Assembly (NCBI RefSeq): GCF_018350175.1 | Contig: NC_058368.1 | Span: 108,564,001-108,628,000 of the forward strand | DNA from: Felis catus | Taxonomy: Eukaryota | DNA: 64,000 nucleotides | Direction of reading: 5' to 3' | Part shown: positions 38,605 through 49,616 of the stretch, piece by piece | Numbering within the stretch: the stretch's first letter is position 1 | Layout of the letters: each line of letters begins with the position of its first letter | Made by a program: the position numbers and the translations under genes | Notes under the pieces: model-generated | What the model was told of the DNA's origin: nothing | Seen by the model: the letters and a program-made list of their open reading frames with translations, nothing else | Database searches by the model: none

Positions 38605-41600
38605 AGTGGAAGATTGTAAGCTTCTAGGGATTTATCCATCTCTTCTAGGTTGTTCAATTTATTGATGTATAATTGTTCACAGTAGTTTTTTTCTGATTTT
38701 TTGCATTCTGTAATATCAGTTGTAACTTCTCTCTCATTTCTGATTTCATTCATGTGAGCCATCTTTTTCTCTTAGGAAGTCTAGCTAAATGTTTGTCATT
38801 TTTATCTTTCCAAAGAACCAGTTCTTAGCATCACTGATCTTTTCTATTGTCTTTTTGTCTCCACCTCATTGATACCCACTCAGATCTTTATTATTTCCTT
38901 CCTTCTACTTACTTGGGTATCACTTGTTCTTTTTTTTCTATTTCCTTTACATGTAAAGTTAGATTGTTTGAGATTTTTCATGTTTCTTGAGGCAGGTCTT
39001 TATTGTTATGAAATTCCCTTCTATAACCACTTCTGTTGCATCCCAAAGATTTTGGTATATCGTATTTCGGTTTTCATTTGTCTCTAGATATTCTTTTATT
39101 TCTCCTTTGATTTCCTCAATCACATTTTTATGGTTTTTCCATTTTTCTTCTTGTAATTGATTTCTGGTTTTATATTACTGTGGTTGAAAAAATGCTTATA
39201 TGCTTTCAATTTTCTTGAACTTATTCGGAGTTGTTCTGGGACCTAATGTGATCTATCCTGGAAAATGTTTCATGTGGACTTGACAAGAATGTGTATTCTG
39301 CAACTTTTGGATGGCATGTTCTCTCTATATATCTATTAAGTCCATCTGGTCTAACATATCATTTAAAACCAATGTTTCCTTATCAGTATCGTCTAGATTA
39401 TCTATCCATTGACATAAACGGGGTATTAATGTTGCCTACTATTATTCTGTGGTCAATTTCTCTCATCAAGTCTTTCAATATGTGCTTTATATATTTTAGT
39501 GCTTCTATGCCAAGCACATATATGTTTATAAATGCTGTATCTTCTTGCTAAATTAACCACTTTATCATTATGCATTGCTTCTGTCTTTTATTACATTCTT
39601 TGTTTTCAAGTCCGTTTTGATAGAAGGACAACTACATCAGCTTTGTTTTCATCTCCATTTGCATGGAATATCTTTTTCCATCCCTCTATTTTCAGTCTCT
39701 GTGTGTCCTTATTCTGGAGTGAGTCTCTTATAGGCAGCATACAGATAAGTCTTTTTTAAAATCCTCTGAGCCACTCTATGTCTTTGGGTTGGTAAATTAT
39801 TCCATTTACACTTAAAGTAATTATTGATAGGTGTGTATTTATTGCCATTAACTGTTTTATGGTTGTTTTTGTAATTCCTCTCTGTTCTTCTCTTTTTTTC
39901 TTCACTCTTGGTAACTTTCTTGATAATTTCTTATTGTTATGTTTAGATTCCTTTCTCATTTTCTTTTATACGTTTACTACAAGGTTTTGCTTTGTGGTTA
40001 CCATGAAGTTCTCATATAACATCCTCTATACAACAGTCTATTTTGAGTTGATAGTAACTTACATTTGAATATATTCCAAAAATGTACATTTTTATTCTTC
40101 CACAATGTTTTATGTTTTTGATATTGCAGCTTACACATTTTTATTTTATGTATCCCTGAGTAAGTTATTGTAGTCTTAGTTTCATCTCTTGATATTCATA
40201 CTAGTTTTATGTGATTAAGCCACTACCTTTACTATATATTTATATTTTCCAATGAGATTTTAGCTTTACTATGTTTATCATTAATTTTTATCATAATTAA
40301 TTAGCCATTTATTTTCCCCTTAAAGAAATCCCTTCAGCATTTCTTATAAAGCTGGTTGCTGGTAATGAACTCTATCAGCTTTTGCTTATTGGGAAAAATC
40401 CTATTCTAAAATATAACCTTGGGGCATCTGGGTGACTCAGTCAGTTAAGCATCCGACTTCAACTCAGGTCATGATCTCGCGATTCGTGAGTTCAAGCCCC
40501 ACATCGGGCTCTGTGCTGACAGCTCAGAGCCTGGAGCCTTCTTCAGATTCTGTATCTCCCTCTCTCTCTGCTCCTCCCCTGCTCGCATTCTCTCTCTCCC
40601 TCAAAATAAATAAACATTTAAAAAAAAATTTTTTAAAGATAACCTTGCTAGGTAGTGAATTCTTAATTGCAGGTTTTCTCCTTTCAGTACTTTGAATAGG
40701 TCACACCATGCTCTTCTAGCCTAGAAAGTTTCTGCTGAAAAATCTGCCTCTAGTACTATGGGGTTTCCCTCGTATAGAAAGCATTGTTTTTCTCTTGCTG
40801 CTTTTAAGTCTCTCTTTAACTTTTGACATTTTAATTATAATGTGTTTCGGTGTGATCTCTTTATCTTATTTAGAATTCTCTGGGATTCCTGGGCCTGAGT
40901 GTCTGTTTCCTAACCCAGAATGAGGAAGTTTTCAGCCATTATTTCTTCAAGCAATTGTTCTGCTCCTTTCTCTCTCTCCTTCTAGGGTCCCTATAACGTG
41001 GATGTTATTCTGCTTGATGTTGTTGCAAAGTTCCCTTAAGGCATCTTCACTTTTAAAAATTCTTTTTGCTGCTGTCTAGGTAACTTTTCGTTGCTTTGTC
41101 TTCTAGCACACTGATCCATTCTTCTGCTTCATCCAGTTTGATGATAAACTCCTCTAATATATTTTCCAGTTCAGTTTCTGTATTCTTCAACTCTGTGACT
41201 TCTTTTTGCTCCTTTCTTTGTATATTTTTTGCAAATTTTGTGTATGTTATACAAAATATATTTTGTATATTTTTTGAAGTTTTCACTGTGTTCATTCATT
41301 TCCCTTTTGAGTTTAGTGATCATATTTATAACCATTACTTTGAACTCTTTATCAAGTAGATTACTTACCTCCACCTCAGTAAAGTCTTTTTCTGAAATTC
41401 TGTCTTGTTCTTTTGTCTAGAACATATTTTTCTATCTATTCATTTTACCCAATTCTAATTCTTCACATTAGGTGAAATAGCTACCTCTCACAGTCTTAAA
41501 GAAATGGCCTTTTGTAAGAAATGACATGTGGGGCCCAGAAGCTCAATCCCCCTTCCACCCGGCAACCAGAGCTAGGCACTTAACGGGCACCCCCCATGTG

Positions 41601-42705
41601 GGCTGAATACAACATCTGGATATGACAAAGCTGCAGCTACAATGTGGGGAGTGGGGTGTACTTACCCAGATGGCTGTGGCACAGAGGTGCAGGGTACTTG
41701 CCCAGCCAGCTAGAGTGCAGCTGCAGCTCAGGGGGTGTGAGATGCTTGCAGGCTGACTGTGATATGGCACATGGGGGGTGGAGCACACCCACCTGCACTA
41801 ACAGGTTAGGACATTGCCAAAGTGGTGCTCACAAATGCTGGCATTTACAAGAGAGACTGAGATGACAAAAATAGCACCCACCAGCAATTCTGTGGCCAGA
41901 GAGAGTACCAACAGATTCCTGCCCTTCTGGCAGTCCCTTTAAGAATAAAGACTAAGACTTTCTCCTTCACATATGGTCCAGGTGCTTTTCAATCTGCTCA
42001 TTTTTTGCTAGCTCCTAGGGTGAATGAGTCTGCCTAAAGACCTTTAAGAGGAGGTTCTCCATTTCCTACAGTTCAATGGTTCGCCTGGACATAGTCTCCA
42101 CTGGTCTTACACTTTGGGGACTTGTTTCTATAGTGCAGAATCCAAGGGTTGGGGTACCTGATGTGGAGCACAAAACACTTGCTCCTCAGGGGAAAGATTT
42201 TTAAGATCCCTCCTGATTGCAGGTCAGTGTAAGGTCAGGGCCGGGATTTCTGGCAAGAGTGTTAGCTCTGCCTCTCCTACTCATCTCAATGTGGCCCTTT
42301 TGTTCTTTGCCGTGGAAGAACTGTTTGTCTGGTTTTCAGAACTTTTCCAGAGGAAGTTATTTTATTTTATTTTTTTTTCAACGTTTATTTATTTTTGGGA
42401 CAGAGAGAGACAGAGCATGAACGGGGGAGGGGCAGAGAGAGAGGGAGACACAGAATCGGAAACAGGCTCCAGGCTCTGAGCCATCAGCCCAGAGCCTGAC
42501 GCGGGGCTCGAACTCACGGACCGCGAGATCGTGACCTGGCTGAAGTCGGACACTCAACCGACTGCGCCACCCAGGCACCCCTTTTTTTTTGTTTTTTTTT
42601 CAGAGGAAGTTATTTTAAATGTAGCTATAGATTTGCTGTGTCCAGTGAGAAAAGGTGAATTCAGGATCTTCCTACACCTCTATCTTAAAATGTCCCTTTG
42701 AGGTC
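38605..42705 (-). mobile_element. Second decayed L1 (5' UTR, ORF1, 5' part of ORF2) in the opposite orientation, lacking its 3' part; nested SINEs 40421-40630 (+) and 42365-42581 (-)
   Basis: Minus-strand peptides SNLLDKEFKVMVINMI (ORF1), MAINTHLSIITLSVNG (ORF2 start) and EQLYINKLNNLEEMDKSLEAYNLP; GC-richer 5' UTR at 41500-42700. Confidence 0.92.
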
Positions 42706-43299
42706 CAAGTTTTACAATCTGAATACTGAAGCTGTATTTCAATCACCTATTTTCCTTTAGTAAACATGGTTCTGAAAAATAAATCTAATACTACTACTTA
42801 GAGACAGAAAAGCAAAACAAGTTAACAATAAAATATGTTTGCAATTCTCTGCAAAGTTAGACTCTTAGGACCAAATATTACTGCCAAAGAGCATTAACAT
42901 GTAATTACTTACAATTCTCAGCTTCTCGCTTTAATAAGAAAAGTATGATCCCACAGGATTCTCTGTAAAGAATATTAAAACTTTCCACTATTTCTAATAT
43001 AGAATTAAAAGGTACGATTTATGGAAAAGTGGTATTTTTTAAATAACAAAAGCCCTTGTAAATGCAGCAAATATTTAGAAAGCACAGTGAAAAAAACCAA
43101 AATTTCTCAAATGCAATTCTTACAAATATTGACATTAAAAAGCCAGCTTAAGAACTTCAGAAGCTTAAAATGTGACACAAAATCAGAATACTGAAAGTGA
43201 AAAAATAACAAAGCATTAAAGAAGGTTTCGCCTACAAAAATAAAAAGCGTTAGCAGTGAAGCCATTTTTCACCTCATTTACTCCACATCTATCTTTCTC

Positions 43300-43830
43300 C
43301 CCTAAACATGCTCATCTCAAAAAAAAAAAAAAAATTAAGGTCACTAATTATCTCCAACATGACAAATCCAATAGATACTTTTCTCTTTGTCATCTCACAA
43401 GACCTGTCAGCAACCAGCATACAAAAGAGTTCATCATACCATCCTTTTTCAAACATGTCCCCCTTGGAGCTTTCCTAACACCACACACCCCTGGCTTTCC
43501 CATGGTTTCTCGTGCCATTTTCTTCTGTAGAAAAGACTTTCTTCTCCTACATCTGTACTTTTAAAATTTCTTCAGACCAAAGCCCTGTTCTTTCCAATAC
43601 CCAATCTACACCTTTTCCTAGATGATCTCATCCCTCCCCTTAGTTTTAATATTGACCATAAACCCAAATTCCTATCTCCAGTCACAACTCTATTGTGAAT
43701 CAACCTCTGCCATGAATTCTCGATTTACTTCATTGAACTGTCAACTGGACATCTCGAAGTGGATATCTCAGTGGCAAGTAAAACTAGACCAAATGTCCAA
43801 AATAGAACTTTTGACTCTCCCTCTGCCTTT
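43300..43830. mobile_element. L2 remnant
   Basis: aaggtcactaat..caaatccaatagatactttt..ctggacatctc..ggatatctc..aaatgtccaaaatagaact motifs. Confidence 0.65.
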
Positions 43831-46509
43831 GAAATTATTTCATACATACATTCTACATATATTTACTAAGCATATGTTCAGGCACTGTGCTGTATATTGG
43901 CACAACAATGTGAACTTGGGGGAGATGGATGGTAAGTTGTAAAAAGAGCTGTGATGAATATAAATCATGCCTTATGATACAGAACAAGGGGGGAAAGTTG
44001 CTGCTGATACACTAGTCAAAACATGCTTCTACAATCTTGTATCTTCTCCCTCAAAAAATGGCACCAATCTAAAGGCTCCAGGCAGAAACCTAGGTATCTG
44101 TTTCCCACAAACAATCCAACAGGCGGCTCTACAGGGTTCTAACTCTAAATCCACCTTGAAGTTGGAAGAGAACACAAGCAAGCAAAAAAGAGAGATATGG
44201 ACACATAATGACAATTTTAACAGATATCACAGTAGGAAATGCATTAAGCTATGGGAGAAAACTGCAGCGAAACACAAATCAGTCTGGGAGAAATCAGAAA
44301 AAGCTTCCCGGAGGAAGGACAATTAGGATAAGTCCAGATGATCACTAAAAAAATGCCAATCAAAAAAGATATACACGACTATGTCAAGAACAGAGAATAG
44401 GACAGCATAGCACATCAGAGAATCTAAAACATGTCCAAGGTGATAAAATCATAGAAGAGGGAGAGGGGATTAAGAAAAGGCCAAAGGAAAGCAGAAATTA
44501 TCAAAGATTAAAAAGATCATGGCACAAGGGCACAGAAGTCAACTTGAAAAGTCTTCTATGGGCCAAATACGGGACAATTTGGACTATAAGGAATTAAAAT
44601 ACATCAAAATCCAGAAGCTTGTGATGACAAAAAATGAAAATTAAAGTGAAAACTTTCACCGAACAATTCATTATAAATTATTCTGACAAATGATAAAGGC
44701 AAACAATCAAATATATGTTACCTTTCCTATAGCAAAGCGTAGCCAAATAGGTGGTAAGAGAAATCTCTTCCAGGAAATAAATGTGGGAAGAATTAAAGAA
44801 TCAGGATATCACCATTTCACAATTCCTAACAAGATAGTGGATTCAGCCAATAATCAACAAAAGATGCTAAAACCATTAAGGAAAGGAGAATCTTATAATA
44901 GAAAAACAAGGCTGATACAATGTGAAATTACTCATCAATCTAAGCATCACTAAAAGGGGGACAACTTGACACTATGTAATTCTAATGGAAAGGAAGTATA
45001 CGAAAAACATCTATGGTATATTTTTATTAAAAAAAAAAAAAAAACCTGGACCTGAATCTAATAAAGTATCTAACTACCAGTTCTCAGGAAATAGATAATA
45101 AGCTAAAGCAGTGGTCCTCAATCTTGAGCATGAGAATAACCTGGAAGGAACTGGTTAAAACACACATTGCTGGGAAGCACTGAATTAAAGAAACCCATAA
45201 GAAAGCAAACATAAAGAATGTGGGAAATTTTAAAGGAAAAATAACCCAATTTCAGCAACAAATCCTATTTTAAAAGGGTGAGAGGGATGTTACAGAATCA
45301 AAATTACTTAAGCAACGTAACTGCAAATATAATATACAGACCCTTTTAAGATTCTAATCCAAACAAAGCCACTGGAAAAAGACATACTGAAACAACTAAG
45401 AAAATATTAATATAGCCTAAGAATAGATAATATTAAGAAATATCTACAATAATAGAATAATGGCTATGTTTTTAAAAATGACCTTAAGTTAATTTAAAAA
45501 CAAGGTCAAGGCTAGAAACTTTGCAAAAGCCACACAATATACGGCCACTTTAAGGAGTTTGGGCCCAAACAGAATGGTTTTACACATAAACATGGAATCA
45601 TCATAGCACAACTTCTGGTTTCTGAATGTCATGTGCTAATAAGCACTGCATTAAGTACTTAACCATGACTTATCTCTTTGAATCCTTAAAATAACTCTGT
45701 AATGCAGATATTAAATTCTATAACACTTTGCATGCTGATCATAATCAGAATTAGCATTTGTAAAGGATGAAGCATTGAGAATAGTCTGGAGAAAGGCAAG
45801 AGGAACAGAAAAAAGAACAATTAAGAGATTGTTACAACAGGGTAAGAATTTCTGATACAGACAGGAAGAGCAAAAGTTCACGTATTAAGAATAAAACAAA
45901 AATACAGAATTTTTTAACTAAACATTAATTACGTCCTACAGACATTTAGCTCTGAAACAAACTTCTTCTCCAAAGTAGACTTCTTCCCAGAAATTTTATT
46001 TTTAAATTAAAGCAATCATTTCATATGCACTATAGTTATTGGACTTACACTTAATTCTTCCATTGCAAAGTGGTGTGATGGAGAAAACATAAAACTATTC
46101 ATTTTCCTAAAAGAAACTTCTTCCCCAAATTCTCCAAACTATGAAACAAGTTATTGTTTTAATTCTACAAATCACTGAAATAATATCCCTGTGGATATTT
46201 TTCACACTCATCTCCGGCTCAAGAAGCTTAGATAAGCACACAATATTTTAAGGCTCCTAAAGCTTCATATCACAAGTTTCTCCTATCCTAGAGCCCTACT
46301 GTGACTTATTACCACTGTGCCTTGTATATTGTTAACTCTAGAAACTGACTCTTAGACGCTGACCTATGGTTAGTTGCCAATGGCTAACAGTGTCCAAGTC
46401 AGATTTAACAACTTAAGCTGACTAAAACAAAACAAAACCAAAAAAGGATTCTAGAAAGGAAAGCATGATATACTGGAATGAAATTTTAATCTACTCTAAA
46501 ACCTGAGTT

Positions 46510-47588
46510 ACATCATTTGTTATTAGGGAAATGCAAATCAAAACCACAATAAGATTCCACTACATCCACTAAAATGGCTATAATCAGAAAGACTCAAAAA
46601 TGCTCAACACGGTAAATATTGTTGGTGTTTTTTACAATACAAAAAAAAAAAAAAAACTTTGAAAGACCAGCAATATCAGCTTTTGGAGAGGATAGAGTAA
46701 CTGTAACCTTCACACACTGCCGGTGGGAAAACAAAATGGTACAATTACTTCAGAAAAGTTTAGCAATTTTTAAAAAAAATTTCTTTCCTTTTTGAAGGTC
46801 ACTTATTTATTTCGAGAGAGAGAGAGTGCATAGGCACGAGTGGGGGAGCGGCAGAGAGAGAAAGGACAGAGAAGCTCCACGCTGTTGGGACAGAGATGGA
46901 TGCAGGGCTGGATCTCATGACCCTGAGACCATGACCTGAGCCAAGATCGAGAGTTGGACGACCAACTAACCAAGCGACCCAGGCACCCCAAGTTTTTAAA
47001 AAGTTAAGCGTATACCTAGCATGTGACCCAGCAATCCCACTGCTAGGTAACCATCCAAGAGATATGAAAACATATGTCTGCATAAAGATTTGTACACAAA
47101 TGTTCATAGCAGCATTGTTCATCACAGCCCAAATCTGGAAACAACCCAAATGTTTGCCAGTTGGTAGTGAATGGATAAACATATTTTGGTACATCCATAC
47201 AATGGAATACTACTCAGCAACAAAATAGAAAGAACTACTGATAAGTGCAACTTAGATGAATCTCAAAATCATCATTCTGATTTAAAACAAGCCAGACAGA
47301 AAAGGCTATAAACAATATGATCACATTTATAGGAAATTTTAGAAAAGTCAAACCTCTTGTCATTAGAGCAGATAAGGGACTGCCTTGAGTGACAATAAAA
47401 CGTTTAAGAATGGACTGCAAAGAGGCTTAAGGGAACTTTCTGGGGATGGAAGTATTCTAAAACTTCACTGGGGTAGTGAGTACAAAACTGTGTACATATA
47501 ACAAAATTCACAGAACTGTGCTCTTAGAATGGCTCAATTTCACTGCATGTAAATTATAGCCCAGTGAAGTTGTTAAAAAAAAAAAAAT
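46510..47588 (+). mobile_element. L1M 3' end inserted in a MIR, with a nested SINE 46797-46990 (-)
   Basis: attagggaaatgcaaatcaaaaccacaat...catacaatggaatactactcagcaa...A tail; MIR-like sequence on both flanks. Confidence 0.87.
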
Positions 47589-49430
47589 ACCTGGGCTAAC
47601 TAGATCTGCAAGTTACTAGCTGTGTAAATGTTAGTTTTCATTTTCTCACATTTACACTTGTACACATTTTATTTTTAAAAGCAATCATTTCTAAATTTTA
47701 CTGCACTTATTGGGCTTACACATAATTCTTACTTCCACTGGAAAAAGGATCACATAGTTATCTATATTGCTACTTGCTCTATCTCACAAGGTTGTTGTGA
47801 AATATCACATGAGATAACTAATGAGAAAGTGCTTTGGCAACTCTAAAGTACTATTACACAACTGTATAGTAGGCTTTACATTTTTTAAAAATAGACACGA
47901 AAATTTTTTTTCACGAGTGAGTGACTTGAGACCCTTGGAAACCTGAGTACCCCAAAGTCAATCTTTGCCCAGAAATGGAAAGCCTAATCAAGTGTCACCT
48001 TTATAATATTCTCAACCTGCTTTCTACTGACTCCTGATTTACTGGATGTCTCAATGGAGTATTAACTAGACTACACTTTCATCTTTCAAAAGAAAATCAG
48101 GAAAGAAATGTTTTTTAAAAGTTATTAGATGAGCATGGCAAGGCATTTATTTCCAAGTGCAAAAGACCCAAACCTAGCAAAACATCTTTTACTAAATAAA
48201 CACCTTTCCAAAATGTCCATACTGAGATTTTTCTTCCTCTAAAAGTCCGTGAATTTCTTTCCATTTAATACTACAATTCCACATGTATTACTCAATGTTG
48301 AATAATGTGACCTACATTACAAAGAGAGTGAATAATTTTAAGAATATCAAAACCTTGTACCAGTGTGGTACAGTCATTTCAAACTTTTGCCTGTTGCAAA
48401 ATTTAACAGACTCTCATTTTTTCCTACTACTACTGAACAACTGGGCTCTCTGCTGTCCTACCAGGTTTGAGTGATACGTGACATTTAGCCCAGTTATATT
48501 TACAAGTTTCCACACCGCAGCAAGTATGAAGGCTATGTGAAAGACATAACCTCTTCTTCAAATGCGGTTTGGAGACTAAATTTTACCTTGAATTCACGTT
48601 TCTATTACATTAAATCTTACAATTCTACGAAGTTTTTTCAGCCAGCAACAGGTAGTGCAACCAAAAATGGACAAAGCCTGTAATGCCACAAAAGATTTTG
48701 CTATCGTTTTCAATTTTTAGACTTATTTTTGGTAAATTCTAACGGGATGATTCGATGGTCAATTCTAAGACCGTACTTCATCTGAATCAGTCCAGTCAGT
48801 AGTAACCATAACCTCTTAGGTTTCATCTTTCTCCTTCGATAACACTGAGATCGCTCGTTCCAGCAACTGCACACTTCCAGTATACGTTTCCAAGAAACCT
48901 GAAAGAATGGCACCTTGCCTACTTGCTCCTCTAGTCTTCTACCCTCAGAAGGTTGCCCAAAACGTGCAGCTCTCTCCACAACAGCGAGTAAGGGGAATGG
49001 AACACCCAGAGGGCGACTTGGTCGCTAGGAGGAGGGGAGAACTTCTCAGCCCAGAGGACGGAGGCTGAGATCCAACCCAGCCCGCTCCCAACTCTACTCG
49101 CTTCCAGGAAGGAGTGTGGACCCTACGCTCAGGCCGCGGTGGTCGGTGGGGAAGGCACAGCCGCGCGTGGAAGTCGGGCAGGACATAAACAAACAGACCG
49201 GGAGGAGGGGGAAGGGGCCAGCGGAGGGATAGGGGTGGTGGGGAGGCAGGACCTCGCTCTAGCCCTCTAGCACAAGTCCCCAGCTGCCCAGCCCCACCTC
49301 ACTGAGGCCCAGGTCCAAGTACCCGCGCAGCAATGCCGCGCGGACACGAACACCGAAGGCCCCTGCACATCTGGAGCCCCAAGCCCACAAGGCCATGGGC
49401 TCCGCGCCCCCCCGCCCCGCAGCGCCCTAC

Positions 49431-49522
49431 CTGAACGCGCAATCTGGGTCTCGAGCGTCCCGACCGGGCGCGCCCAGCCCGCTCCTCTTGCTGAAGAGCT
49501 TCTGGAACAGCGTAGGGGCCAT
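49431..49522 (-). CDS. FNIP1: Folliculin-interacting protein 1, coding part of exon 1 (92 nt, phase-2 donor)
   Basis: The reverse complement reads ATG GCC CCT ACG CTG TTC CAG AAG CTC TTC AGC AAG AGG AGC GGG CTG GGC GCG CCC GGT CGG GAC GCT CGA GAC CCA GAT TGC GCG TTC AG|GTAGGG = [30 protein letters not shown](S). This matches the recalled FNIP1 N-terminus (human [30 protein letters not shown]). Strong Kozak context (agcATGg), GT donor at 49430, inside a CpG island. Confidence 0.96.
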
Positions 49523-49577
49523 GCTGACCACGGCCAGATCAGGGTTGTTCCTTAGGGCGATTGCTAGGCCCCCGCTC

Positions 49578-49616
49578 CTAGAGCCGCCCCGCCACCCCCA
49601 TGAGCGCCTCAGTCAT
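49578..49616 (-). promoter_or_regulatory. Candidate upstream ORF in the FNIP1 5' leader ([12 protein letters not shown])
   Basis: In-frame ATGs at 49616 and 49601 share a TAG at 49580-49578, 55 nt before the main ATG. It is only a uORF if the TSS lies upstream of these ATGs. Confidence 0.6.

Larger units (their letters stand above)
1..49430 (-). other. FNIP1: FNIP1 intron 1 (partial, >49 kb)
   Basis: Starts at the GT donor at 49430. I found no sequence encoding the expected next residues (WPLPEFDPSQIRLIVYQDC) by eye; the content is repeats and AT-rich unique DNA. Confidence 0.8.

Noticed and set aside
43256..44326. Three consecutive 100-120 aa + strand ORFs
   Set aside because: They overlap decayed L2-like sequence, show no protein-like features, and have no splice or promoter support.
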